From: Paragordius varius | Lineage: Eukaryota; Animalia; Nematomorpha | Direction of reading: 5' to 3' | Length of the DNA: 64,000 nt | NCBI GenBank assembly: GCA_964247055.1 | Contig: OZ176051.1 | Location: 14,198,001-14,262,000, forward strand | In this document: one piece after another, positions 29,077-42,000 of the stretch | How the letters are laid out: each line of letters opens with the position of its first letter | How positions within the stretch are numbered: the stretch's first letter is position 1 | The notes under the pieces: generated by a model | What the model was told of the DNA's origin: nothing | What the model saw: the letters and a program-made list of their open reading frames with translations, nothing else | Databases searched by the model: none | Made by a program: the position numbers and the translations under genes

Positions 29077-30069
29077 CATATAAAAATAATTATATTCAAG
29101 ATAAAATATAAACTCTAAATATTTTTTACGCGTTATCAACAATAACACTATAAAAATGTGAGCTGCATTAAGTTATTTAACTTTATATGCTTATAAATCT
29201 ATATTTATCATAAATATTTTAAACATTTTGTTGTTAATAGAAACCAAAAAAATTAGTTGTTAGCTAATTGCAATTTATGGTGTGAATTTATTTCTGTAGC
29301 ATGAAAATTTTGGACCCTTCCCTCATTTTTCTCGTATTTGCTCTAACCTTATAACTGACCTCAAAATATGGCACATTATATAATTGGGCATAGGATCAAA
29401 TTTGTTTTTGTGAAAAAAAACACGGGTGCGCACAAAAAAAACAATTTTATTAAAAATAAGTAAAAAAGATTAATACTAAACTCACAGTATATAACCGCCG
29501 TGGTATTCACCAAAAAAATTTTAAGGCCTCATAAAAATAGGTATCTTGTCACAAGGGCCGTGTACCATATAATACAGATAAAAAATTTAAAAAATATTAT
29601 TCAGGGCCATAGAACAGACCTTTTCGCCACCGTCGTTTGAGGACCATCACATATAATGTATTTTCTTTACTAGATACAAAGAAGACGTGCCCCTTACTCC
29701 GGTATGCTATGGAATGTGAAATATCTCCCAGGTTTCCAGTGGTCAGATTTGGCCCAAGTTGCGGCCTATGAAAAAGCTGTTAAAGATCAAACGCTTAGAA
29801 ATGAATCCTATAAAATTAAGCGGGAAACTATGCGATATATCGCCGCAACAACCCATAAAAATGATAAATCTTCCCCAAAGTCTTTGAAAACAAATACTTT
29901 ACAAACTACTGCATTGGAATCAAAACAAACCCCTTATTTAACTCCAAACGACACTGACAAAAAGTACATTATACCAAAACATCAGGAGGCTAAGTCAACT
30001 TATGCTGAAAATTTGGACAAAACAAAACCAGCCTATGATGTTAATCTTATAAAATCAATTTTTACTTAA
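27538..30069 (+). CDS. ABT1: Activator of basal transcription 1 / ESF2 pre-rRNA processing protein, 238 aa; exons 27538-27697, 27729-27889, 29674-30069
   Basis: PGVVYL...PP RRM start, YTEGWIEFLDK...AK, LNGTPI, LWNVKYLPGFQWSDL. The two GT-AG introns (31 and 1784 nt) join three ORF-track fragments in frame. Confidence 0.93.
29021..29070. repeat. (TA)25 microsatellite in ABT1 intron 2
   Basis: Pure TA run. Shorter TA runs occur at about 25914-25940 and 44226-44261. Confidence 0.95.
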
Positions 30070-30414
30070 TCATTGGGAATATATAGATCTATTATTAATA
30101 AATTTGCTTATCCGGTATAAAATTTGTATTGTAAATAAAAGATTTAAATGTTTGTTGCCTTTTCTTATAGAGTTAATTGTAATTTGCTTAATTAAAACCA
30201 TTTATTTTTGTTGGATAACCTTAATTGGATATAATTACAGTCCGCCTAAAATCGGGTTAAAAAATGGATGGATTATATATATATTCTGATAGAAAACTAT
30301 ATCAGGATTAACATGGTGCTTGGCTTTGGACCTTACAATGATCTAAAAAGGTTATATACACTTTTTGGTCAATGCATTAAATGGCAAAATTTGTGCACAT
30401 ATTGTGTGCATAGC

Positions 30415-30620
30415 TGTTAAGTTAGATCCTTCTGTCGTAGACACAAACGCACCTATATAATTAAACACTTATAACTCTTTGTGATACACCTAGTTAATGT
30501 TAATTGTAGCTTCAAGCAAAACAGTTAGTATATAATTCTTGTTTTATATTATCACTTACACATGTTTGATTTTTAGTATTTAATAAATGTTTTCTGTATA
30601 ATATAACTTTACATCTATCA
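30415..30620 (+). repeat. 5' LTR
   Basis: TG...CA ends; direct repeat of 34415-34618. Confidence 0.95.
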
Positions 30621-33600
30621 TTGGCGCGGTAATAAACCTGACAAAAATTTCTCCAGAAAGCTTTGATGAAAAGGAAAATTTTGACCGATACGTTTGATAC
30701 ATTCAGCGAATGTTAGCTGCAAAAAACATGACGGCAAACGATAACAATTGCAAGACGTTATTTCTCGCTTACGCAGGAATGTCGGTCACAAAGAAATGCG
30801 AACAATTCCTTTTTCCAGATTCGCTTGATAATACCTCCTGGCCGGACATCATTGAAGCCGGCAGGACAATTTACGAGAATAAGACAAACATATTCCAGGC
30901 CAGATTCAATTTTATAAAACTTCGTCGGAAAGAAACTGAAACATTTACGGAATTTCTTTTACGAGTCAAAACCGAAGCCGCCAAATGCAACTTCAAGCTT
31001 GACATCGATGAAAAAATGCGCGACGTGTTCATTGCAGGCCTGGTAGTGAAAAAATTATAATGATCTGTTTACTAGATTCCCCGATGCCATGTGGGGAAAC
31101 GAAACCGTAACCCTAAAACAAGTGGTAGACATTGGCCCTCAACTATGAAAAAGCACATCAACTAACAACAATAGATGGCCAGATATTGCAGACTACAGCT
31201 CGGAAATACCAAAACAAGTGTCAATTTTGCGGGTTTGGTCATGCACCCGGCAGATGCCCAGCTTGGGGCAAACAATGTTATAAATGCCAAGGCTGGAATC
31301 ACTTCCAACCGTGCTGTAAGATGAAAAGGATTAGCAATGTTCAGCATGTCGAATCTGGATCCACCCCCAAGATATCAATAATAATAAATGGCAAGCCAAT
31401 ACGCATGATTATAGCCACAGGTTCAAGCGTATCTATAATTGATTGTCAAGCGTGGGAAAAAATTGGGGAGCTCGAGTTGCAACAAACAGGCCCATATTTG
31501 TATAGCTATGGTGGACAAAGAATCAATTCCAAGGGTAGTTGTATGGTCACGGTACAATGCGATGGTGAAACAAAATCTCTGGCGTGTATGGTTGTAAGCG
31601 GCAAGAAGGCCCCAGCAATTCTTGGTTGGGATTGGCTACAAGAATTTCCGAATGCCATAAAACAGTTGATAAATTGTCGTAAATGTTTTAATATTATTAT
31701 ATTTGAGGAAAATTCACTTGTTAATAAATTTAATTCACTTTTTTGTGAAAAGTTAGGGTGTTTCACTGGAACTCCTACTAAACTTTTTTAAAAAACAAAA
31801 AACTAAAAATTTTTAAGTGTCGCCGCATCCCGATACCGTTAAAAGAAAAAGTCGACTCGGAAATTAAGAGACTTTTAGAAGCGGACATAATCAAACCATT
31901 AGCCCTACGACTGAGAAACTAACCTGGGCCATCCCTTCTGTTTGTATAACAAAAGCGAATGGTGCCTTAAGGTTATGTGCAGAATCGTGTTACAATAAAT
32001 CCACATACAGTAGATGACAGTCATAATATACCGACATTTGACGAATTAGTTTCCAAAATAGTTAAGGAGAGTCATTTTCGGTAATCGATTTGACAGACGC
32101 ATATCTGCAATTGCCAATAGATCAAGAAAGTCAAAAGTTACTAACAATTACCACACCCCTAGGGTATTTTACATATAAAAGGCTTCCCTTTGGCCTAACA
32201 AGCGCTTCCTGCATTTTTCTAATAAGATTTTAGGTGACTCCCTTGGAACAGCTGTATATTTAGACTATATTTTAATAACAGGAAAAAACCGAGACAAACA
32301 TAAAAGAAACTTAGAAAGGGTATTTAAGCGTCTAGACGAATATGGTTTAAAATTAAGTAAAAGCACACTAAAACATTTTCAACCGTCTGCAAGCTATTTA
32401 GGATATGTTATATCAAAAAACGGCATATCACCAGCCGCCGATAAAGTTAAAGCCATACAAGACTTCCCAAGACCCACAGACAAAACAACATTCAAGTCCT
32501 TCTTAGGCTTAATAAATTTCCACACACGATTCCTCCCGAAATCGCATGGAGGTTTGGCTATACTTCACCTAAGCAGTTATAAAAAACCCTGGATATGGAC
32601 CAAAAACCACGAGGACTGTTTAACAGAGCCAAAAATTTAATATGTCATACCGTTAAACTAACTCCGTTCAACCCTGATTTACCTATAATAATCGAAACAC
32701 ACGCCTCGAATAAAGGGTACGGAGCAGTGTCACTATAGACCACGGAGGAGGGCATAAATAAACCCATCGCCTTGCATCTAGAAATTGGTCTAAACCCGAA
32801 GAAAATTATTCAGTGATAGAAAAGGAATCAAAAGCCATACTTTTCGCTTTTTATAAATTTAAAACGTTTATTACAGGGAAGAAGTTCGAACTGCGTACTT
32901 ATCACAAACCACTAATAAAGCTGTTTGGAAATAATCGTAAATTAGACCAATAAATAATTCCAAGCTACTACGTTGGATATATAAAGCTAGCGAATTTAAT
33001 TACAATCTACGGTACATTAAAAGCCACGAAAGCATTGCATATCCATTGTCCAGCATGCCGACAGAACCACAACAACAAGACACAGAAAGCCTTCAAACAG
33101 CAGAACATGTAAGATTTGTCAATAGTAATATTCAATATAAATCGTGACCATATTGGAAGCCAGACCGAAACCGACCCTGTATTAAAACAGGTAATAAGGG
33201 CACTGAGAACAAACAACTGGTCCAATAAAATATTACATCCATTCCACTTTTTTAGAAATGAAATTGAAAATAAATACGGGTTATTGGATAGATTAATGAT
33301 TCCCGAATCTCAAAAAAGAAATATCTTACAATTATTACACGTCGGACACTCCGGATCCAAAGCAATGTACGAAGCAAAACAAATAGTCTTTTGGCACAAC
33401 ATGGAAAGCGACAAAAAAAGTGGGTAGATACGTATAAAAAGTGTCAAGAAAACCGTCCGATGCGAAAACTGCCCACATAAAATTGGAACACAAATACAGC
33501 AATATGGTAGAGATTACATCTAATATAGCATGCCCGATAGACAATTATTATTGGATAGTTCTTATTGACAGTTATTCTCGATGGGTCGAAGTTAAACTAT

Positions 33601-34414
33601 CCAAAATGATATCGACCAAAAATATCTTAAATTTCCTAGACGAATGTTTCAGTCGATATGGATCTCCAAGAATGATAGTAACCGACAACGCGTCTTACTT
33701 TACATCTGAGGAGTTTAAAAAAGTCATGGAAACGGGAAACATCAAACATGTAACATCAGCTCCCTATCATCCAAAAACTAACGGAATGGTGGAACGAATG
33801 ATATATACCCTCAAAACACATTATCGGTCAGCAAAAGACGATGACCTACATTCAAAAATAAATAACACGCTTTGGGGATACCGCACTAACATACACAGTG
33901 CTACAAATACATGTCCCGCTCAACTTTTCCCAAGTACGCTACCCAATCCAATCACATGGCTACAATACAAACAAACAGACTTCTTGGACGATGTACAACC
34001 GAATCACGAATACCATGAAAACGAAAAAGTTTATATAAATGAACTAGCGAATGGTTGGCGAGAACGAATTGTAAATAAAGGACTCGGGTTACTCTCATAT
34101 GAAATACGAGATGATAACAAAATCATCCGAAAACACGCCGACCAACTGAGACCAAGGGAAGGAGGTGAAAGAATAATGGGATAGACAATTTCACCCGAAG
34201 AAACTCCACCATCGCATGACCTATATGTTAGGTACCCTACTGCCACGACCGAAGCCCCGACCTTACCCCCCCCCCCCCAACCCTCGGAACCCATTATTAA
34301 ATTTACATCCCAAACACCCACTATAGCACCTACCACTGACACTCATACAGAACGGCGATACCCTACACGAATCCGACACCCATCACATAGATATCAAGGA
34401 CAGGGAAAGAGTGA

Positions 34415-34618
34415 TGTTAAGTTAGATCCTACTGTCGTAGACACAAACGCACCTATATAATTGAAAACACTTATAACTCTTTGTGATACACCTAGTTAAT
34501 GTTAATTGTAGCTTCAAGCAAAATAGTATATAATTTTTGTATTATAATATCACTTACACCTGTTTGATTTTTGGTATTTAATAAATGTTTTCTGTAAAAT
34601 ATAACTTTACTTCTATAA
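34415..34618 (+). repeat. 3' LTR
   Basis: About 9 substitutions and 2 small indels relative to the 5' LTR, counted by eye; terminal CA changed to AA. Confidence 0.95.
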
Positions 34619-35957
34619 ATAGCAAAGCTAATCTTTAATATGTGTAGGCTCCCTCCGTTAAAAAAGGGCAAGTTCCAAAGGCGCATAGGCCAAGATTTCA
34701 CGATAAAATTCGACATTAAAAAGAGTTTTTTCCGAAAAAAATAGATTTTTGCTCAAAAATGTATTTTTTATTGTATTTTGAAACAAGGTGGAAACGGTAT
34801 AAAAACACTATAAGATATTATATTGCTGAACATTTATATCTCAAAATTATAATTTACTCTTGGATTTAAATTTGAATGAAATTTTGTAAAAAAATAAATT
34901 ATTATAACATAAATTTAGGGTCGAACGAATGTTTACATCATAGTTCTTAAATGACTAATATGTTTAATGTTATAGAATTATATGAAAGGTTTTTTAAATT
35001 TTTTAAATCGTTTTTATACCGTTTTATCATCACTCAAATAGAATGTAATATTTCGGCTTTTTTGCGTTCATAAGAGAATAATCCATTTAGAAGGACAAAA
35101 AAATTGGGTCTTTTGGACTTTTATAAATATAATTTTTTTATGTAGTTTTTAATGTTTAGTGATATTTATTGCAATGAAGCCTATAGTTTTCTTCAAAAAA
35201 TATTTACCAAAATGTGCGCAATTTTTGCCATTTCCTTATATGAACTAGTTGCCACTTAAATGGTAAAAAGCTTATTATATCTCTCTTAAAACCCCAAAAT
35301 AAAATTGATTTTTCATTTTGGATATTATTGTAAAAACTGTGTAATTGAATTTTTACAACACTAAAAATTAAAATTGCCAAATGCGGGCACATTTTACAAA
35401 AAAATTGAAGCGTTATCGTGCCTATTATATTTGAGAATTTATATTAATTCTTAATCACTAGTTAGTGTTTTATTTTTAACTTTTAAGTTAAGTTTTAAAC
35501 TCTACACGATTGACCGATTTAACATCATATATATGTATATATGGTTATACAATTATATTGCATTTTAAATGGAAAATTTAAAATTGTGTTAAAGATTATT
35601 TTATACCGCATGTCTTGTCATATTTATAAAACACTTTTTCTAGCTATATAACTTTGAAAAATAATTTAGCTTTAAAATATTTTTTAGAAATAATGATACC
35701 ATATGGGTTTAATAAGGGGTGACTCAAAAAACCGCTGGGTAGAACGCCATATTAAGTCAAATTCGCCATTATGTAAAAAAAATAATTTGGTGCGGCACGT
35801 TTTTAAAAACCAATAATGCCATTTATATTTGTTAATGGTTTTTTTCGTATTAATTAAAACTAGCATTTTCGTAGCGTTTTTTATTGAGTTACCATATTTA
35901 ATTAACATAACTGTGAATTATAGAAACTTAACCATGTGGGGAGCGCTTGCGAAGATA

Positions 35958-36830
35958 ATCTATATATTTATAAAAATGGAAAATGCTGGCTTTGTGATCT
36001 GGTACAGGAAAACCGGTAGACCCATTCAAATCCAAACTTCGAAAAAATATAATCATTAATGAATGCCCCGACAATAGCTTCGCCTTTTTTTGAAATAGGC
36101 CCCCAGTTCAAGCCCACCCCGTGTGAAAAACGGGTTTTTTTGAAAACAGAAGTCCACGTGTTTTTGAGACAATTTTCCGGAGAACGTATTAGACCATTCA
36201 ATATCAAATATGATTTTTATTTAGTTATTTTCGATTTCGCCGAACATAGTCGTCTCGCTTTTTTAACTTAGGCCCTCTTTTTCCCGCTCCCCCCGATGCC
36301 ACCTTTTTCAAAAAACAAAGTCCACAAAAATAATTTTTTAATTCTTTTTGCCCAAGGTATGACGTTAAAATTCAATACGGATTTCACGTATTCCCTGTTG
36401 TAAGGCAAAAATTTTAGTAAAGCGTTTCTTTGATGATAGATGCTGGGTAAGGAGCTACCCGCTAAAAACTGATTCCTCATGTAACTTTGTGATCTGTTTC
36501 CGGAAAACCGGTGAATATCAAATCCAAATATCGAAAAAATATAATCATTAATGAATACCCCGACAATAGCTTCGCCCTTTTAGGAATTAGGTCCCCAGTT
36601 CGGGCCTACCCCGTGTGAAAAATGGGTTAAGTCAATTTTTTTGGAGAACGTGTTGGACCATTTAATTTTAAATATGATTTTTGTTTACTTATTTTTGATC
36701 GCGCTGAACATAGTCGTCGCGCTTTTTTAACTTAGGCCCTCTTTTTACCCGCTACCCCCGTAAAATGCCATTTTTTCAAAAAAAAGTCCACAAATATAAT
36801 TTTTTAAATCTATTTTTCCCCTAAGTAAAC
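35958..36830 (+). repeat. Dispersed repeat of about 500 bp, one full and one partial tandem unit
   Basis: 35958 to about 36480 is repeated in part at about 36481-36830, and inverted at about 62290-62782 (shared AATCATTAATGAATGCCCCGACAATAGCTTCGCC). Confidence 0.85.
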
Positions 36831-38445
36831 AATATATTAGTATGAATGCACCGTTTTAAAATTCCTCTATAATCATATTTAAATAATATTTCGAAATAAT
36901 CCACATATGTGGATCAATTTATCGTCCCTTATTTCAAATAGCCCCCCCCCCCCCCCCCCCCAAAAGTCCGATGCACTTCCTCGGGCTGCGTAGCAGCACG
37001 AGATTTAGGCTAATATTTGTATAAAGGGAAAATATTATGTCGTTCGCTTTTTCAAAGCACTGGGTAGATCTTTGCCCCCTTGGAAAGGCACCAACGTAAA
37101 AATATAATTTAGCTTTGGGAAATTTTTCGAAAAACGAATGTGACTTTAAATAATCCCCAAAAAATACATTTTCAAGTTCACACTCTTTTCACATAAATAA
37201 TTTAACTTTCATATAGTATAGTTATATAATTGCTAAGCCACGGATATTAGTTCAATCCAATTATATATTCCAATCAATACAGAATAAAAATAATGTCTAT
37301 GACAATCCTTTAAATAATTGGAGAAAATATTGTTAGTTTTGGAAAATTATATTCCTAATTCAAATTCATAAAACAAATCTTTAAATACCATAGCTAAAAA
37401 AACGCCTAATAATTTAATTTAAATCTTTAGTTAAAACCTATCAAACTCATTTTAAACTATTACATTATCTATTCCGCAAACTAAAAAACGGGATTGGTGC
37501 TATTAAAACTCATATAATGATAATATTTGCCTAACATAGCCCGACTAAATTCTATATAAATAAGGTAATTTTTATTTTTTAAATTTAACTTCCCTCAACT
37601 GGTTGAAGGGACCAAGTTATTTCTGGGGTTAATAATGTTTCATACTTTCCCGCCTGTATTTTGTGTGAGCTCATGGTTTTTGTCCCACTTTTGTTGTACA
37701 TAAAAACATGATATATGTAAACGAGAACTTATTAGAAAGGCTAGTAATTAAAAATGTGTAGTTTAAAATATTAAACAATTTTTTATTTGCCAACCGCAGT
37801 GGCGAAACTACGGGGAGCTAGGGCAGTCCGGGGGAGCCCAAGGCAAAACAGGGGCTCTTTTTTATTATTTATATTAAATTTGGACCCTTCCAAAATCTAT
37901 TACCTTTTTTATTTACAGATATGTAAGTAATGATTGCCTGATTGTAAGAATAATGACAAAGAATAAAGAGAATTATTATTGATTGATTGAAAGAGAAAGC
38001 GAAAAAATGCATTTTTTTACTATCTCAATAAGCGGTTATATTATAAGTTAATGATTAATTAACACCATTCTCCAGTTAACACTTAAAAAAGTGAAAATAT
38101 TTAAAAATAAATAAATGAGTATAGATAGTTGACACCAAAAATTGGGGCTTATAAATTTTCAAGTCCTAAATTATTTTGTTATTAAAAATTATAGTATTAT
38201 AGTTTTAAAAGATTATTTGTAATTATTTTAATTTAACAGAGAAAATTACATCTGTCATAGCGCAAATATACATTTTGTTTTTTAATGTGGTGTGAAAAAC
38301 AATTATATTTTAATTTTGATGAGGAAATGGGTTCATGTAAATTTTAATATTATTGAGTAAGGAAGAAAGAGTAAAAAATCCATTTTTACTATCCATTTAA
38401 TTTTTGCCATAATGATATTTGTTCCCTTATTATTGGCAGTTTTAA

Positions 38446-38710
38446 CACTTGGATTCAAATTGGGGTATGTAAATGCCCCAAACTGTATTTAAGTTGATAA
38501 AAACAACTGAGGGAAACGGTCCCAAATTAAATTTATGCCTCTGTATAAATATACCGAAATATCTAAATAAAAATTAATTTTGAAAAAAAAGTTCCATATC
38601 AAACTACTTTGACGCCATTTTTATTTACAACATTTTTGCAAAATATCGTGTTTATTTAATAAAACTAAAATTAAAGCGATTTTTTAAAATCACATCGAAC
38701 ATTGATAGAA
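38446..38710 (+). mobile_element. Truncated TTAA-type MITE (left part)
   Basis: TTAA|CACTTGGATTCAAATTGGGGTAT start, homologous to 46061 onward. Confidence 0.7.
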
Positions 38711-39021
38711 ACAGAAAATGTAGGGCGGGCGCGATTTATAGTTCTACCACTGGCCGATCGTATAAATTCTTTCAATTTACAAAATCTATCGATTTTTCAC
38801 GCACATAAAAAAACTGGCTCAAAATGCAGATGGGTTGGTCTTTTACTTTTATATTCGATTTTACGTCATACAGTATTTGTTATATGATTGTGTCAAACTT
38901 TTTGGCGATAGCTATCATCGATATAATATTTCATATTTAAAAAATTCGTTTTTCACTGTCATTTATTTTCGATTCAAAGAAATTTTTCAACTTTTATTAC
39001 ATATTTTGAAATTAATTATAC

Positions 39022-42000
39022 ATGAATGGTTTTAGAAATAATATTTTTAATTTACCGTATTTGAGATTAATTACAATATTATCAATCCTTGTTCAAACTT
39101 TTATCGGGTTATCACATCATCAAAAGAATTCTTTTCTAAATGACTTTAAAAATGATTTTCATTTATTACATTCGAAACACAAAAGAAACGTGATTTCTAA
39201 GGTATGTGCTATTAAATAAAAATAATTATAATTCATTTGTATGTTTTATTAACATATGTGTATACTTATTTGGTTCTCTTAAATTATGGAAAAAAATGAA
39301 GTGCCTAAAAATTATTTATCTGTTTTTTTGACACATTTATTGTATCAAAAAATATAATTTAACCCAAATTTAAAAGAAAAAAACTAATTAAAATTCTGAG
39401 ATGATAAAATATCAGCATCATCGAATTATTGGAAAAATTCTTTTTATAATACCTTAAAGCATTATACAATTTCCATCATATTAAATTTTTATCCATTAGC
39501 AATATACTTTATTGTTAGAATATATTTATAAATTTTGCACGATCCCGGCATTTGTTTATTTGATGAGAACATGCCCGTTGGGGCAAAAAATTAGGATTCG
39601 GAACTTACGTCCAAATAAAAATTTGCTTTTGGTGTATTTGACGATATATTTTATTGATATTTCATAGGAAACTGCTTTCACAAAAATTATATTGAATAGA
39701 ATGTGATTTTCCATTTTTCGATAAGGACCAGTTACCACAAAAGTAAAATTAATAATTTACTCGTAAGGGCCAAAACCAAAAACACCATGGATCCTTAAAC
39801 ATTTTCCCAGAATATATATAATACATCAAGATAATTTTTTATCCCCCCGGTTTTAAGCGCAGTAATGAAGTTTAAAAGCGTTTTTGTTACATACATTTAT
39901 ATCTTTGCTCTATAAATTATTAAATTCACATAAAAAATCCTAATTTTCAATGTGTGATATATAAAATTAAATGCCAAGACTGCGACCATAAGAGCTAAAA
40001 AGGGAATAGTAGTTCGGATAAAAGAACATAAGACGGCAGTTAAGAAAATAACAATCAGCTTTAGCATATCAATTTAAATGTAAACATAAAAAAGCTGGGA
40101 TGCCGAAGTTGTTAAAAAGAAGAAACATATAAACAAGGAACAAATTATAATGAATGACCAGAAAGAAAGATATCAACAATATAAATCCCATTACAAATTT
40201 TTTCTAAACTCTTGAAAAAAACATATTCATTTCAGTTTTTCGATTCGAATTAGGGTAGTTGGATACCCCAGGCCCGTTTAAAAATAATACTTAAAAAAAT
40301 ATGAAAGAATCATAACCATGGCAAAATTTTGCTTATATATAACATAAATAAACCGAAATATAAAAAAAATTTATTCAAAAATACTTGATATTACTAATTT
40401 TTATAAACTGAAAGGTAAAAATTAATCAACGTCATATGTGCCTTGCCTAAGTTGAAAAATAAATCAAAATAAACCACATTTCTATTTCTATCAATGTTAG
40501 AAGTAATCTAAATAAAAAATTAACTTGAATTTTTGAATTTTATATAAAAATGGCGTCAAAGTAGTAGGATATTAATTTTTTCCAAAACGAAATTTAGATA
40601 TTTTGGCTTATTTATATAATTTATATTAGGATAGAAGCATAAATTTTAATTGAGCTCGTTTCCTTCAGTAGTTTTTTTTTAAATTATCAATTTATATTTA
40701 GTCTGGGGTATTTAGATACCCCAACTTGATCGAAATGTTAAGTATGTTAAACAAAACGATTATTGGATCTAAGTTTTAATAAATACCTAATTTATATGAA
40801 GGCTTTTTGTAAATTGTAACTAAAAATGAATTCTCAAGTTTTACCATTATTATTTTTGCCCAATTTTAATTTCTTTTTAATAATTTAAAAATTAAGTTTT
40901 GCGGAAAATATATTGGCTGGTTATAAGCTACCTCATGAAAAAAATTTTTGCACACAGTAAAAGAAAATATACAATTTAGATTTAATTACTTCCCAATACT
41001 GTACCTTTATAATTTAAATTAAATAATATTAAATGAACCATCATTACACATGTGCATATAAGTTGCATAAATATAAAACAATAAATTTGAATGGTAAGAT
41101 TTTTTATGCTATAAAAATCTTTGGTTTTCATTTGTTTAGAATTAAAACGTATTACCGATTTATAGTATTTATTGTTTAGTTTATGCAAAAAACTAATATA
41201 AGTTCCCTAACCTACTACTGTAAATTGTAATTTTAATGTAATGATAATGCAATGAAACCACTGCAATTATTTTTTACCAAATATAGGGGCGAGTAACTGA
41301 TTTTATTTAGATTTTCGCTGAATAATGTGTAGATAATAGTATATTTAACACTTCAGTACCTTTTCACTTTTTAGTACTAGTTTACCTTTTAGGGTTGTTT
41401 ATCCTAGAGCTCAATTTTGTAATAGACTACAGTTTAGAAAGTTATTTTTGTTATAATTTAATTATCAAACATTGCTCTTGTATTAGATTAAAAAACTTAT
41501 TTTTTTACAGTTTGACTTCTAGACTCTAAAATTGGGACAGCTCCAGAACACGATTGTACAAACAGCTGATATTTAAATAAAAATACAATAAGCATTTGTT
41601 GGTAAATGCCTGAAAACTTTCTAAAATTAATTTTTCACATTTAAACATAACATACATTTATTTTTTTGTAGAATCCATTTTAAAATTTATAGAAAAGGCG
41701 AAATTTAAGATGAAAATTTTTTTACAGTTCTACATTATTTGAAAAAAATTATATGATGCGCCTAAAAGGCTAAAGAAAGGACAAAACTCGATTGAAATGA
41801 ACAGCTAAAACATCAAGTTTTTGTTAAAATGTAGCCTGAAAGCTCTTCAATATTAATTATTTACATTTAACCATAATATACATTTATATGTTGTTGGATT
41901 AGAGATTTAAAAAAATTATAGAGAAAATGGCGGCAAAAAAATTGAGAAATTATTACAGTTGTACATTTTTTTAAAAAAATTTTATATAATACGCCTAAAG

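Larger units (their letters stand above)
30415..34618 (+). mobile_element. Complete but inactivated Ty3/Gypsy LTR retrotransposon (4204 bp)
   Basis: LTRs 30415-30620 and 34415-34618. TSD ATAGC (30410-30414, 34619-34623). PBS-like TGGCG at 30622. Polypurine tract 34397-34414. Domain order gag (CCHC knuckles), protease, RT, RNase H, integrase (33441-34184). Multiple stops and frameshifts. Confidence 0.96.

Noticed and set aside
36059-36271. ORFs in the dispersed repeat (also 35968-36207, 62430-62642, 62533-62772)
   Set aside because: Overlapping ORFs on both strands, frames not preserved between repeat copies, no protein motif.
37560-37710. Short minus-strand open frame MYNKSGTKTMSSHKIQAGKYETLL...
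   Set aside because: 38 codons, no partner exons or homology recognised.
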